Shown here one piece after another: positions 36,244 to 47,671 of a stretch of 64,000 nucleotides of DNA. Location of the stretch: contig CAXXUK010000001.1 of NCBI GenBank assembly GCA_963665125.2, positions 3,232,001 through 3,296,000 on the forward strand, in the 5' to 3' direction. Every line of letters begins with the position of its first letter. Within the stretch, counting starts at the first letter, position 1. The stretch is from an uncultured Desulfarculus sp. (GTDB lineage: Bacteria > Desulfobacterota > Desulfarculia > Desulfarculales > Desulfarculaceae). The translations under genes and the position numbers were made by a program. The notes below the pieces were generated by a model, which saw only the letters and a list, made by a program, of their open reading frames with translations, ran no database searches and was not told the origin of the DNA.

Positions 36244-38985
36244 ATGCTATATCCAAAGGGTTCGGAGTGGAGGAAATGGGATCTTCATGTTCATTCGCCG
36301 GAGTCGGCATTCAGTAATAGATTTAGTGGAAAGGCACAGAATGAGAAATGGGAGAACTATATTAATTGTTTGGAAAAACTAGAAGATATATCAGTCGTCG
36401 GTGTGACTGATTATTTTTCTATTGATGGTTATATTCAAGCAAAGCGATTTAAGGATTCCGGGCGTCTTAAAAATATTGATTTATTATTGCCAAATGTTGA
36501 GCTGCGTCTTGACCATAATACTCAAGATGGAGTTGCAATAAATATCCATATCATCTTTGATCCTGAGGTCATTGATATGGTAAATGGTGTATTTTTTACC
36601 AATCTTAAATTTACATATAAGGAGAATGAATATAGTTGTACACAGACTGATTTGATTCGGTTAGGTAGGGCTTATAATGGTAATGAAATGCTTGAAGAAA
36701 ACGTTGCTTTTAAGGAAGGAGCAAATCAGTTTAAGGTGAGTGTCGATCACTTGAAAGATGTTTTGAAAAAAAACAGTTGCTTTCATGGCAAACATCTAAT
36801 AGTTATTCCAAACAGTAATAGAGATGGCAATTCAGGATTGCGTGAAGGAAACTTGAAGGCCTTGAGGGAAGAGCTATACCGCTTGGCGCATTGCATTTTT
36901 TCGTCAAACCCTAAAGATAGAGCTTATTTTTTAGGCCTGGGGGTAGATTCTGTAGATGATATTATCATGAAATATAACGCATTGAAGCCATGTATACATG
37001 GTTCAGATGCTCATTCGCTAGAAACAGTTTGCAAGCCAGATAACGATAGGTTTACATGGATAAAGGCTGATCCATCATTTGAAGGTTTAAAGCAAATTAT
37101 TTTTGAGCCAGAAGACCGGGTGCAAATCCAAAAGAATTCCCCAGCAACGGAATATCCTAAAGCACACTTCAGTTCAATAAAGGCGAGTGGTAGTATTTTT
37201 AAAGACGAAGAACTGTGTTTTAAGGATTGCTCGGTACCTCTAAATAACAATCTTGTAACTTTGATTGGTGGTAGAGGAACCGGAAAAAGTTTGCTTCTTG
37301 ATGTGATGCACAGAACATTTTATGAACCAACACAGGCAGAAATCAGTTCAAATGATCGTCTTGTCCGTATAGGCAAGCCTGAATTTGGTATTGTTTTAAC
37401 GAAAAGTGATGGCGAAAGTACGAACTTCAAACGTGAAAATGAAACTCCGGTATTTGATTACCTGCATGTGCGACAAGGAGAGGTCAAGGAGGTTGTTGAG
37501 AATAAGAGAGACCTTGGCGAGGCGATAAAAAGAATGTTGGGATTCCTCGATAGCGATACCAGATCGTCATTGAATGATAGTATTTTATCAGCGAACCGTG
37601 ATAGCGCTAACCTACAGGAATGGCTTGAAAAAAAAGACACAGAGGGGAACAATATTAATTCAGAAGGCTATCAGAAGAACCAAAAAATTAAATTGCAAAA
37701 ATTAAAGGACACAATAACAACTGAAAATACCAAAGAAAAAATATCATCTTTTAGCAGTAATTCCAGCCTAATTAGTAGGTTGAAGAAGGCCCAAATGGAA
37801 TCAATCTCACTGAGGGATGATATAGGCACTACACAGGATAGGTTGAATCTACAGATAAACTCTCTTATCCAAAAAGACATCATGATAGGGGTAAATGTTG
37901 ATAAAATCGATTTGTCAATCATTCAAGATCAATTAACCGCTTATGCAGAAGAAGCTAGCGCAAAAATTGCTAATCTTGAGCGTGAAAATACTAGAATTTC
38001 AGAGGATCTCTATAAAAAAGGAATAAAGGGAGACATCTCTGGATTGTTAGATAAAGTCAAGGAATACCAGCAAGAAATTGAGAGATGTAATTCTGCTATT
38101 GATGATATTTTGGATGCAAAAAATAAATTAGATGGTCTATTTAAGCGTCGTGTTGCTTTGGTAGAACAAATAGTTATTTCGATAGATGACGAATTGGAAT
38201 CTTTTGAAAGGAAGTTTGCTGATATATCAAAGGGTCGGTCTGGAGTAACAGAAGAACACAAGGTAATCCTCAGGGATTTGCTGAAAAATATCGAAATAAA
38301 AGGGGAAATTCTTTTCGATAAAGATAAATTTATCGATGGATTATATGATTTTTTTAATGGGAGAAAGATACGTAAAGATGCTCTAAAAGAAGTCTTTCCA
38401 ATCAATGACGCCGACGATTATTTTGCGCTGGTATTAAATGCACCAGTGATTGCGGCTCAAGAAGATCAAATGGATTGTCTGACCGATTTTATTTTGGAAA
38501 CTGAATGGTTTTTAAGAAAAGATATGTTTTCGTTTTTAAATTATTTATATTCAGAAGAAAACCGCAATGAGTATCTACAAGTCGTACCAAGCATTAAATA
38601 TTTTGGCAAATATCCAGAGCAGCTTTCTGTAGGACAACGAGGGACCTTTTATGTATGTTTAAAACTTGCTACTTCAGCGTTTCTTACTCCATTTATTTTC
38701 GATCAACCAGAAGACGACCTTGATAACGCATTTATTGTAGAGGAGCTAGAGCCAATTTTCAGGAAGATTAAAAAACACCGGCAGGTGATCATTGTTACAC
38801 ATAATGCGAATCTGGTTGTTAACGCTGATGCTGAGCAAATTATTATTGCTGAAAACGAAAATGAAGAAATATCTTATAGGTCAGGTTCTCTTGAATGTCC
38901 AGAAATCAGAAAAGAAGTTTGCCGAATTCTGGAAGGTGGCGAACATGCTTTCAAAAAGCGTGAGAAAAGATATGAACTACACTAG
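36244..38985 (+). CDS. PHP phosphoesterase fused to ABC/SMC-like ATPase (TrlF-like; Ppl-type defence protein)
   Basis: 'GSEWRKWDLHVHSP', 'TDY', 'NVELR', 'HGSDAH', 'WIKADPSFEGL'; Walker A 'GGRGTGKS', signature 'LSVGQR', 'IFDQPEDDLD', 'VTHNAN'. Confidence 0.88.
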   Translation: MLYPKGSEWRKWDLHVHSPESAFSNRFSGKAQNEKWENYINCLEKLEDISVVGVTDYFSIDGYIQAKRFKDSGRLKNIDLLLPNVELRLDHNTQDGVAINIHIIFDPEVIDMVNGVFFTNLKFTYKENEYSCTQTDLIRLGRAYNGNEMLEENVAFKEGANQFKVSVDHLKDVLKKNSCFHGKHLIVIPNSNRDGNSGLREGNLKALREELYRLAHCIFSSNPKDRAYFLGLGVDSVDDIIMKYNALKPCIHGSDAHSLETVCKPDNDRFTWIKADPSFEGLKQIIFEPEDRVQIQKNSPATEYPKAHFSSIKASGSIFKDEELCFKDCSVPLNNNLVTLIGGRGTGKSLLLDVMHRTFYEPTQAEISSNDRLVRIGKPEFGIVLTKSDGESTNFKRENETPVFDYLHVRQGEVKEVVENKRDLGEAIKRMLGFLDSDTRSSLNDSILSANRDSANLQEWLEKKDTEGNNINSEGYQKNQKIKLQKLKDTITTENTKEKISSFSSNSSLISRLKKAQMESISLRDDIGTTQDRLNLQINSLIQKDIMIGVNVDKIDLSIIQDQLTAYAEEASAKIANLERENTRISEDLYKKGIKGDISGLLDKVKEYQQEIERCNSAIDDILDAKNKLDGLFKRRVALVEQIVISIDDELESFERKFADISKGRSGVTEEHKVILRDLLKNIEIKGEILFDKDKFIDGLYDFFNGRKIRKDALKEVFPINDADDYFALVLNAPVIAAQEDQMDCLTDFILETEWFLRKDMFSFLNYLYSEENRNEYLQVVPSIKYFGKYPEQLSVGQRGTFYVCLKLATSAFLTPFIFDQPEDDLDNAFIVEELEPIFRKIKKHRQVIIVTHNANLVVNADAEQIIIAENENEEISYRSGSLECPEIRKEVCRILEGGEHAFKKREKRYELH

Positions 38986-39546
38986 TATCAAGCCTTTCAG
39001 CTTAATTAATTGCCAGGGGGGGAATTGAAAAATCTTTTGTAGTTTGCCATATACTGTAAATTAAAATTGTACGAATGTTTTCCTTTCATAGCATAATTGG
39101 ATTAATTTAGTAGGTGTAAAAAAGCAGTCTTCGCTAGATGAAAACTGATAGCATAATTCTATACATGTTATTTTCTTGGTCCATATTGCACCAGGGGCAC
39201 AACAAATTGTCACTCGTAAACCGAGTCTTGATTGATAGACTGTCCGATTTGTATTTATGAGAATTTCAAGCACTAACCTAATAAGCCATGGGCATCGCCA
39301 GAGAATGTAGAGAATTGCCCTGAAATCATAGAAAGGAATGTTGCTGTTAAGTTGACTATGCCTAAGGGTTATCATTCTTATAAGCTGGACAAATGGGCAA
39401 AATATTGGCTACCATGCGGTACATTATGGGGGATATCTTGATCACGCCGTAGAATTCATAAATACCACCCACATGTTGTTGTAATCAAAATGTAGAGATA
39501 TTTTTCCTCTGTAACTGAGTAATCACGAGCATAGAGGGGCCGTTTA

Positions 39547-42500
39547 ATGCAAATGAATGTTTTTGAGCTCAGGAACAAACTTGTCGGTGACTATGCAAGC
39601 TATACCAAGAGCTTTATTAAGATCAAGGACCCTCGCATTGATAAATCGGTAACTTCAGAGATCGATAATGGGGCTTTCTGGCCTGAGCCACTCATACAAT
39701 TAAATCCAACTTTTTTACCTAGTGGAACCATTGATGAATTAGTAGAAAACGGCACACTGCACTCGGAGTGCAAGAAGATATTCCGCATTGGAAAGACAGA
39801 GCATGATTATGCTGGACAACAGTTAAGACTTCACACTCACCAGCGCGAGGCGATCCTCAAGGCGAAAGAAGAGAAATCCTACGTATTAACTAGCGGAACG
39901 GGTTCAGGTAAGAGTCTTACCTACATTGTACCCATTGTAGACCACGTCCTACGCAAGGGCTCTGGGCGGGGTATTCAGGCTATCGTGGTTTACCCAATGA
40001 ATGCCTTGGCGAACAGCCAAGCTGAGGAATTAGGGAAGTTTTTACTAAAGGGGTATCCTGAAGGCAAACCCCCAGTCCGTTTCGCCCGCTATACAGGTCA
40101 AGAGGGGGGAGCTGAACGCGAAGAAATTCGGCGAAACCCTCCTGACATTTTGCTTACAAACTACATGATGCTTGAGTTGATGCTAACGCGGGTTGAGGAT
40201 CGGGAACTCGTTCGGGCTGCTCAAGGTTTAAAGTTTCTTGTCTTTGATGAGCTACACACCTACCGTGGTCGTCAAGGAGCTGATGTCGCTTTGTTGATCA
40301 GGCGTTGCCGCCTGGCTTTCGGCGGTCACGATTTTATTTGCATCGGTACTTCGGCTACCATGGCCAGTGAGGGAACATCTGAGGACCAAAAAAACGGAGT
40401 CGCTCGGGTGGCCCAAACGCTTTTTGGGACAAGTTTTGATAAGACTCAGATAATTGGCGAGACACTTGAGCGAGCGACTAAGAGTTTTAATTTTCAAGAA
40501 TCCTCCATAGTAGAGATACTTCGTTCAACAATAGCAAACAAGCCAGAACCACCCAGCGATTACGATTCCTTCAGGGACCATCCTATGGCTTCATGGATTG
40601 AGGCAACCTTTGGTGTCGTCAAAGAAGAGATTGCAGGCAGGCTGGTAAGGCAGAACCCCCAACGACTTCAAGGACCGGATAGCGCTTCGGAATTACTTGC
40701 GAGACTGACATCTACAGACGCGGCTAGTTGCGCCGAGGTCATACGGCGTTTTTTACTCAAGGGATCAAATCTTAGGCGAACCCCATCGAGTCGCTTCCCA
40801 ATCTTTGCCTTTCGTTTACATCAATTTTTCACGAGAGGCGACACGGTATGGGCCACAATCGAAGCGGAGGATGTGCGTCATCTAGAAATGTCGAAGCAGG
40901 TAGCAAAGCCAAACGAACCGGATAAGTTACTTTATCCGCTCGTGTTTTGTCGACAATGCGGGGCTGCCTACTATCGTGTGCGGATAGTTCCTGATGGGAA
41001 TGGTAGTCGCCTGCTGCCTAGAGAAGACCGAAGAGCCAAAGATGACGATGGAAGTGGTGACGCCTATTTATACCTTTCAAATCAGAATCCATGGCCTCGA
41101 GCAACTAGCTCTGAATTGCTGGAACGTCTCCCCGATGTCTTCAAGGACACCACGGTAAATGGAGAAGAACAAATTCGACCTGATTCGAAAGGCGATATAC
41201 CTGAAACCATCTTCGTTAATGCACAGGGGCAAATTGTCACTGATGGCCAAGGTGTTCGGGCAGCACTCATCCGGAAAAACTTCCTTTTCTGTTTAGAACC
41301 TGGCTGTGGTGTCGCATACGTTAAAACCCAACGTTCAGAACGAGCGAAGCTTGCGACTCTAGGGGTGGACAACCGTAGCACGGCTACAACCATATTGGCG
41401 GTTCGATCCTTGATCGAACTGCAAGGTGACCATTCACTTGAGCCAGAAGCGAGGAAATTGCTTAGTTTTACCGACAATAGGCAAGATGCTTCGTTGCAGG
41501 CTGGACACTTCAATGATTTCGCACAAGTGGCTTTACTTAGGTCAGCGTTATACCGGGCTGCAAAGGACAAGGGAACGGAGGGGCTTCGAAACCACGAGCT
41601 ATCACGTGGTGTGTTCGAGGCGATGCAGTTGCGTTTCGATGAATTTGCAGCCGATCCTGAAGTTAGGGGGCCCGCAAAGAATGCTACTGAGGATGCTCTT
41701 CGACGTATTATTGACTACTTCCTTTACCGCGATCTAGAACGAGGTTGGCGAGTCACTGCTCCCAACCTTGAGGATTGTGGCCTCCTTGCTTTTGACTATG
41801 ATGGCCTGCTTGGTGAAGATGGATTGCTGGCAGAAAAGGACTTGTGGGAGTATGGGCTGACGATCAAGAGGGGACGGAATGAAAAAGATTTTGTTGCTCT
41901 ACCTGATCTGTTGCACTCTTGCCCTTCCCAAAAGCTTGAAGAACTCCTCCGTACTTTACTTGATGTACTGCGCCGCTCTTTGGCTGTTAAGGTTGATGTC
42001 CTTGACGGTACGAAACAACTTGATCTGGTCAACCAAACCAAGCACCGTCTTCGTGAGGACGCAGTATGGCATCTTGATGATCCTCGCGAAATGTCCAAGT
42101 CAGTGGTGGCATATCCGAGATCCAAAAAGCGGAGCTCTGGCGAAGACCGATATGGCGTATTCATCTCTGCGTATGGCAATTATGGTCGTTATGTGAAGCG
42201 CACCCTTGTCCAACATGTCTCTAATAATAAACGGGTGGGGTTAGCCGAACTTAATGAGATTATTAGATATTTTTTCCTGGCGCTCAAGCGATATGGCATC
42301 ATTGAGCAAGTCAGGAGTGGTCGAGAGGGAGACGACCCAGGTTATCAATTAAACTCCGATGCCATCCGGTGGTTGCCAGGTGACGGCAAGATGCGTCCTT
42401 TGGATCGAACTAGGCTGTTGGATGTAGGTGAAGCCGTATCAGAAGTAAATAAATACTTTGTGGAGTGTTATCGGAATTTTATAGATCTTAAGTGCTTGTT

Positions 42501-44838
42501 AGAGGCAAGGGAACACACTGCCCAAGTTACTCCAGAGGACCGAGTTGAACGCGAGGATCGCTTCCGCTTGGGTGCGGAACCCGGCGGCCTGTCGCTACTT
42601 TTTTGCTCTCCGACCATGGAATTGGGCGTGGATATTGCCCAACTTAACGTTGTCAACATGCGCAACGTGCCCCCAACACCTGCAAACTATGCTCAACGAA
42701 GTGGCCGAGCTGGCCGTGGTGGTCAACCAGCCTTGGTATACACTTATTGTGCTGGCCGAAGCCCCCACGACCAGTACTTTTTCAGGGAGCCTCACCAGAT
42801 GGTAGCCGGGTCTGTTGCTCCTCCCCGCATTGATCTTCGCAACCGCGACTTAGTTCGATCGCACATCAATGCCGTGTGGATGGAGGTGGCCAAACCAGAT
42901 CTTGGTAGGACTTTAAACTCTGTTCTGGAAACTATGCCTGAAAATGGCAAGCTCACTTTGCCAATTAAATCGGCAATATCAAGTGAGCTTAAGAGTAGGT
43001 CTCATAGGGCTGCGGCCATTTCCAAAGCAAAATCGTTGGTAAGTACTATTAGAGAGGAACTGGAAGCCACCCCATGGTTCCATGATGCATGGACTGAAGA
43101 AACGCTGGATCAAGTTGAAAGGGCGTTTGATACGGCTTGTGATCGATGGAGGAGCTTGTATAGAGCTGCTGTACGACAGCGAGAACTACATCACGCAATA
43201 ATAATGGATCATGCACGGTCTTTATCAGAGCGCGAGCATTCAAAACGCCTGAGAGCTCATGCCGAGAACCAAATTAGATTGCTCACAGAGGCCAGGGGTG
43301 TATTTGAAGGAGATTTTTATTCCTATCGATATTTTGCTACCGAAGGTTTCCTGCCTGGTTACAATTTCCCGCGTCTGCCCATCTCAGCATACGTCCCAGC
43401 TCGGAGACAAACCACAGGTCGAAATGAATACGTTTCGCGACCCCGTTTTCTGGCTATATCGGAATTCGGGCCTCGAGCATTAGTATACCATGAGGGAGCT
43501 CGCTACAGAGTTAATAGGGTTAACCTCGATTTTGGATCAGGTGACCCCGAAGACGCGCATTTTATTGGCACATCTACGATGAAGCGCTGTACTCGGTGCG
43601 GTTACGCGCACGTGCAACAGGACATCAACATGGCTGAGGTTTGCGACAAATGTGGGTCCCCTCTGGATGCCAGCTCTCATATTGAAAACCTCATTCATAT
43701 GCAAAACGTCAGTCTAAAGCTGGTAAAGCGCATCACCAGTGATGAGGAAGAACGACAGCGGTACGGATATAAAATTGTAACGGCCTATCGTTTCCCCGAA
43801 GTTGGGGGTAGGTTTGATCAAAAAGACGCCGATGTTTTCTTCGAAGGAACACGATTGCTTAGCCTCAGCTACAGTGACGCCACTGATCTCTTCCGCGTCA
43901 ATTTAGGTTGGGCTAACCAGGGGGCCGACCAATCGCCAGGATTTGTTTTGGATTTAGAGCGGGGGGGCTGGAGTACAAACCCCAAAGACCAAGACGATCA
44001 GGAAGATGCGACCGGCGAAGGGCATAAGCAGCGTGTGGTACCGTACGTTAAGGACACCAAAAATGCTTTGGTGATGAGATTCGATCCTCCACGAAATAAT
44101 GCAGAACTGGCAAGCCTGCAGGCAGCCTTTAAAGAGGCTATCCTTAAGTTCTTTCAACTGGAACCTCGGGAGTTGGCTTGTGAGCCAATGCCCACTGCTG
44201 AAGAACGCCATGAAATCCTTTTTTATGAGTCTTCGGAGGGTGGTGCCGGTGTACTGCGACAAATCGTAGAGGATCCAATGGTCTTCCCTGCCTTGGCGCG
44301 ACAGGCTTTGGAAGTTTGTCACTTTAACTCGGATACGCTCGAGGACCTTGGCGCGGACACCTGTGGAAAGGCTTGTTATGCATGCTTATTAGATTATGGA
44401 AACCAGCCAGATCATCAGGACTTGGATCGGCATCAGATAATGGAGCTTTTATCAGAACTGTCGAGGTCCGAGTGTAAGCCTGCTGGTGGGGTAGGATCTC
44501 GTCCCGATAGAATCGCCTACCTTCGTAGACGATGCGATAGCAAGCTGGAAAAAAAGTGGCTCTACCTCGTTGACAACTTACTGCTCAATCTGCCAAGCGA
44601 AGCACAATACATCATTGAGTCCTGTTCTACGCAGCCAGACTTCTTTTATGACACATGCAATGCCGCCATCTACATTGACGGGCCACCACATGATGAACCT
44701 GACCAAATCCGTAAAGACGAAGCTATCACACGGCGTTTGGTGGAGAATGGCTACATTGTAGTTCGCTTCCATCATAAAGATGACTGGTCCGAAGTCTTTG
44801 CTCGCCATCCAGATATATTTGGGAGACCTAAGGCATGA
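39547..44838 (+). CDS. Large DEAD/DEAH helicase with Zn motifs, DUF1998-like domain and C-terminal DUF559/Vsr-like nuclease
   Basis: 'SGTGSGKS', 'DELH', 'TSAT', 'SPTMELGVDI', 'QRSGRAGR'; CxxC motifs; 'ACYACLLDYGNQ'; 'DSKLE...QPDFFY...IYIDGPPHD...GYIVVRF'. Confidence 0.88.
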   Translation: MQMNVFELRNKLVGDYASYTKSFIKIKDPRIDKSVTSEIDNGAFWPEPLIQLNPTFLPSGTIDELVENGTLHSECKKIFRIGKTEHDYAGQQLRLHTHQREAILKAKEEKSYVLTSGTGSGKSLTYIVPIVDHVLRKGSGRGIQAIVVYPMNALANSQAEELGKFLLKGYPEGKPPVRFARYTGQEGGAEREEIRRNPPDILLTNYMMLELMLTRVEDRELVRAAQGLKFLVFDELHTYRGRQGADVALLIRRCRLAFGGHDFICIGTSATMASEGTSEDQKNGVARVAQTLFGTSFDKTQIIGETLERATKSFNFQESSIVEILRSTIANKPEPPSDYDSFRDHPMASWIEATFGVVKEEIAGRLVRQNPQRLQGPDSASELLARLTSTDAASCAEVIRRFLLKGSNLRRTPSSRFPIFAFRLHQFFTRGDTVWATIEAEDVRHLEMSKQVAKPNEPDKLLYPLVFCRQCGAAYYRVRIVPDGNGSRLLPREDRRAKDDDGSGDAYLYLSNQNPWPRATSSELLERLPDVFKDTTVNGEEQIRPDSKGDIPETIFVNAQGQIVTDGQGVRAALIRKNFLFCLEPGCGVAYVKTQRSERAKLATLGVDNRSTATTILAVRSLIELQGDHSLEPEARKLLSFTDNRQDASLQAGHFNDFAQVALLRSALYRAAKDKGTEGLRNHELSRGVFEAMQLRFDEFAADPEVRGPAKNATEDALRRIIDYFLYRDLERGWRVTAPNLEDCGLLAFDYDGLLGEDGLLAEKDLWEYGLTIKRGRNEKDFVALPDLLHSCPSQKLEELLRTLLDVLRRSLAVKVDVLDGTKQLDLVNQTKHRLREDAVWHLDDPREMSKSVVAYPRSKKRSSGEDRYGVFISAYGNYGRYVKRTLVQHVSNNKRVGLAELNEIIRYFFLALKRYGIIEQVRSGREGDDPGYQLNSDAIRWLPGDGKMRPLDRTRLLDVGEAVSEVNKYFVECYRNFIDLKCLLEAREHTAQVTPEDRVEREDRFRLGAEPGGLSLLFCSPTMELGVDIAQLNVVNMRNVPPTPANYAQRSGRAGRGGQPALVYTYCAGRSPHDQYFFREPHQMVAGSVAPPRIDLRNRDLVRSHINAVWMEVAKPDLGRTLNSVLETMPENGKLTLPIKSAISSELKSRSHRAAAISKAKSLVSTIREELEATPWFHDAWTEETLDQVERAFDTACDRWRSLYRAAVRQRELHHAIIMDHARSLSEREHSKRLRAHAENQIRLLTEARGVFEGDFYSYRYFATEGFLPGYNFPRLPISAYVPARRQTTGRNEYVSRPRFLAISEFGPRALVYHEGARYRVNRVNLDFGSGDPEDAHFIGTSTMKRCTRCGYAHVQQDINMAEVCDKCGSPLDASSHIENLIHMQNVSLKLVKRITSDEEERQRYGYKIVTAYRFPEVGGRFDQKDADVFFEGTRLLSLSYSDATDLFRVNLGWANQGADQSPGFVLDLERGGWSTNPKDQDDQEDATGEGHKQRVVPYVKDTKNALVMRFDPPRNNAELASLQAAFKEAILKFFQLEPRELACEPMPTAEERHEILFYESSEGGAGVLRQIVEDPMVFPALARQALEVCHFNSDTLEDLGADTCGKACYACLLDYGNQPDHQDLDRHQIMELLSELSRSECKPAGGVGSRPDRIAYLRRRCDSKLEKKWLYLVDNLLLNLPSEAQYIIESCSTQPDFFYDTCNAAIYIDGPPHDEPDQIRKDEAITRRLVENGYIVVRFHHKDDWSEVFARHPDIFGRPKA

Positions 44839-47669
44839 GCCCTCATCCCTTTTCCAAACCTGGGACATTGGTACACGCGCGAGGACGGGAGTGGTTTGTA
44901 CTGCCCGATTCCGGAGCTGATATGCTGTTGGTCAGGCCTGTGGGAGGATTGGACGAAGAGGTAACAGGGATTTTAACTGCCGTCGAGCCGGTTGAGTCGA
45001 GTACATTTGACTTGCCAACGGTTAATGATCTTGGTGATTTTACTGCAGGACGATTCCTACGAGAAGCAGCTAGGTTGTCAACACGCTCGGCCGCTGGGCC
45101 TTTTAGGTGCTTTGGCCGTATTGCCACTGAACCGCGTCCATATCAATTGGTGCCGCTGATAATGGCCCTCAAGGTGGACCCTATTCGGCTACTAATTGCA
45201 GACGACGTAGGCATTGGCAAGACCATTGAAGCAACTCTTATCGCCCGAGAGTTACTCGACAGGGGCGAGATACGTCGGCTGACGGTATTGTGTCCACCTC
45301 AGCTGGCAGAGCAGTGGCAGAAAGAGTTGGCTGAAAAGTTCCATATTGAGGCCGAGCTAATACTTTCTAGCACGATCCAAAAGCTGGAGCGAGACCTACC
45401 TCTGGGTGTGTCGGTGTTCGACCAACACAAGTTTACGGTTGTCTCCACTGACTTTATTAAGAGCCCCCGCCGTGCCGAGGACTTCATTATTAAGTGTCCG
45501 GAGTTTGTTATAGTTGATGAAGCACACGGCTGTACACTTGCGGATGGCTTAGGGCGTGGGCGTCAACAGCGTTTCGACTTGTTGCGCCGTATTTCTAAGG
45601 ATCAGGACCGACACCTTGTTTTGGTAACTGCGACGCCGCATAGCGGCAAGGAGGAGGCATTCCGGTCTCTGCTTAGCTTGCTCCGGGATGAGTTCGCAAG
45701 TTTACCCAACAAGCTTGATCAAGCTAGTCGGGAAGGAATAAGGCGTAATCTCGCCCAGCACATGATTCAACGGCGACGGGCTGACATCCGTAACTATCTA
45801 GAGACAGATACCTCTTTCCCTGAACGTAAGGACAAAGAATCCACTTATACCTTCAGCACTGAGTACCGTCGACTTTTCGAAAGTATCCTCAAATTCGCCC
45901 GCGATTATGTATCGGAATCAGATGAATCTACACGACACCAACGCGTAAAATATTGGTCTGCCTTGGCTTTGTTGCGTTGTGTTTCATCAAGTCCTGCAGC
46001 TGCAGCTGCCACCTTACGTAATCGAGCTGCCGTTGACGAAGTAGAGGAGCCCGAGAAAGTAGAAGAAGTGGGACGTCAAACTGTCCTAGACCAGGACGAC
46101 ACAGATGACGTGGCGGTCCTGGATTTCAGCCCCGGTTCCATGATTGAAGGCCAAGCCGACTCTACCCATCGCAAGCTCTTGGAGTTTGCGCGCCAAGCAG
46201 AAAAATTATCGCCTGAAGCCGACCATAAACTTCAAGGGGCTATGCACGAAGTCCAGGGGTTATTGAGGGACGGCTTCAGACCTATTGTATTCTGCCGTTT
46301 CGTAGATACCGCCGAGTATGTTGCCGATCACCTGCGAACTAAACTCGGAAGTAAAGTGCGGATAGAAACCGTTACCGGCAGATTACCAGCAGCCGAGCGT
46401 GAGGCTCGTATCTGTAGCCTCGTTGCAGATGGCGGCCAATATGTCTTGGTCAGTACCGATTGTTTGGCTGAAGGTATCAATTTACAGGACAATTTCGATT
46501 CTATTTTACATTACGACCTAGTGTGGAATCCGACGCGACACGAACAGCGAGAAGGACGCGTTGATCGTTTTGGTCAAAATAGCCCGGAAGTGAGAGTTAT
46601 CACGTACTATGGCACCGACAATCCTATCGATGGTGTCATTTTAGATGTGCTAATCCGCAAACATAAAAGTATCAAGAGTGATCTGGGTGTTACTGTTGCT
46701 GTTCCGGGTTCCAGTGAGCAGATCGCCGAGACCCTCTTTGAGGGTGCGTTATTTCGTGAGCAGACCGGTACCCTATCTTCGCGTCAGGCAATGTTGCCAT
46801 TTATCGACGATCTGGAGCCCAAAAAGAAAGCCCTTCATGAGCAATGGGAAAATGCTCGTGACCGTGAAAAAGCCAGCCGTTCTAGGTTTGCGCAGCATGT
46901 CATTAAGCCCGAGGCCGTAGCTGAGGAACTTGCCAATGTCCGCGCAGCTATCGGTGCTAGCGATGACGTGGCCGGTTTCTTTTGCGATGTTATGCGTAAG
47001 GCCAATGTGCCTTTGGAGGCCAATGGCAAATCTGTAAAGGTCCACATTAGCCCCGAGACACCACGCGGTTTACGCCAAGCCATGGGCCAGGAAGAGCCAT
47101 TTTCAGGTCGATTCGAACTTCCTCTTAGAGAGGGCGAGGTTTATCTAGGCCGAACAAGTCCCATTGTTGAGGGCGTGGCGAGTTGGACTCTGGACCAGGC
47201 ATTAGACTATCAGGCCCGTGATGCCAAACCAGTAGCGGCTCGCTGCGGAGTTGTGGCTACTTCGGCAGTGAGCACTAGAACTACTCTGATTGTGGCCCGT
47301 TTTCGCTATCACCTGCAGAAGACTGCGGCATCGGATGCAATTCTTTGCGAGGAAGTGTTGCCTCTAGCTTGTCGTGGTCCGGCTGAAAAGCCTGAATGGC
47401 TATTGCCTGATGAAAGCGAAAAGCTGTTAAACGCTAGACCAGAGCGCAATCTCATACCTACAGCTATTGATCAGCAGATTGGCCTGCTCATGAATGACTT
47501 GCCCCAATTGCGCCAATCTCTAACCTCCGTAGCTCAACAACGCGCCATGGTCCAGCTGGCTGCACACGAGCGTGTGCGTGGATCGTTGCGTTCCAAAGCC
47601 CGGATCTCCATCGAACCTGTGCTCCCCGTCGATATTCTGGGCGCATACATCATGTTGCCGAGGAATTGA
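44835..47669 (+). CDS. SNF2-family helicase (DrmD-like)
   Basis: 'ADDVGIGKT', 'DEAH', 'TATPHSG', 'NPTRHEQREGRVDRFGQ'; ATGA overlap with upstream gene. Confidence 0.9.
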   Translation: MSPHPFSKPGTLVHARGREWFVLPDSGADMLLVRPVGGLDEEVTGILTAVEPVESSTFDLPTVNDLGDFTAGRFLREAARLSTRSAAGPFRCFGRIATEPRPYQLVPLIMALKVDPIRLLIADDVGIGKTIEATLIARELLDRGEIRRLTVLCPPQLAEQWQKELAEKFHIEAELILSSTIQKLERDLPLGVSVFDQHKFTVVSTDFIKSPRRAEDFIIKCPEFVIVDEAHGCTLADGLGRGRQQRFDLLRRISKDQDRHLVLVTATPHSGKEEAFRSLLSLLRDEFASLPNKLDQASREGIRRNLAQHMIQRRRADIRNYLETDTSFPERKDKESTYTFSTEYRRLFESILKFARDYVSESDESTRHQRVKYWSALALLRCVSSSPAAAAATLRNRAAVDEVEEPEKVEEVGRQTVLDQDDTDDVAVLDFSPGSMIEGQADSTHRKLLEFARQAEKLSPEADHKLQGAMHEVQGLLRDGFRPIVFCRFVDTAEYVADHLRTKLGSKVRIETVTGRLPAAEREARICSLVADGGQYVLVSTDCLAEGINLQDNFDSILHYDLVWNPTRHEQREGRVDRFGQNSPEVRVITYYGTDNPIDGVILDVLIRKHKSIKSDLGVTVAVPGSSEQIAETLFEGALFREQTGTLSSRQAMLPFIDDLEPKKKALHEQWENARDREKASRSRFAQHVIKPEAVAEELANVRAAIGASDDVAGFFCDVMRKANVPLEANGKSVKVHISPETPRGLRQAMGQEEPFSGRFELPLREGEVYLGRTSPIVEGVASWTLDQALDYQARDAKPVAARCGVVATSAVSTRTTLIVARFRYHLQKTAASDAILCEEVLPLACRGPAEKPEWLLPDESEKLLNARPERNLIPTAIDQQIGLLMNDLPQLRQSLTSVAQQRAMVQLAAHERVRGSLRSKARISIEPVLPVDILGAYIMLPRN

Positions 47670-47671
47670 CG

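Noticed and set aside
39061..39375. 104-aa minus-strand ORF between Ppl and the helicase
   Set aside because: No recognisable motif or RBS, odd composition; treated as intergenic or decayed DNA.
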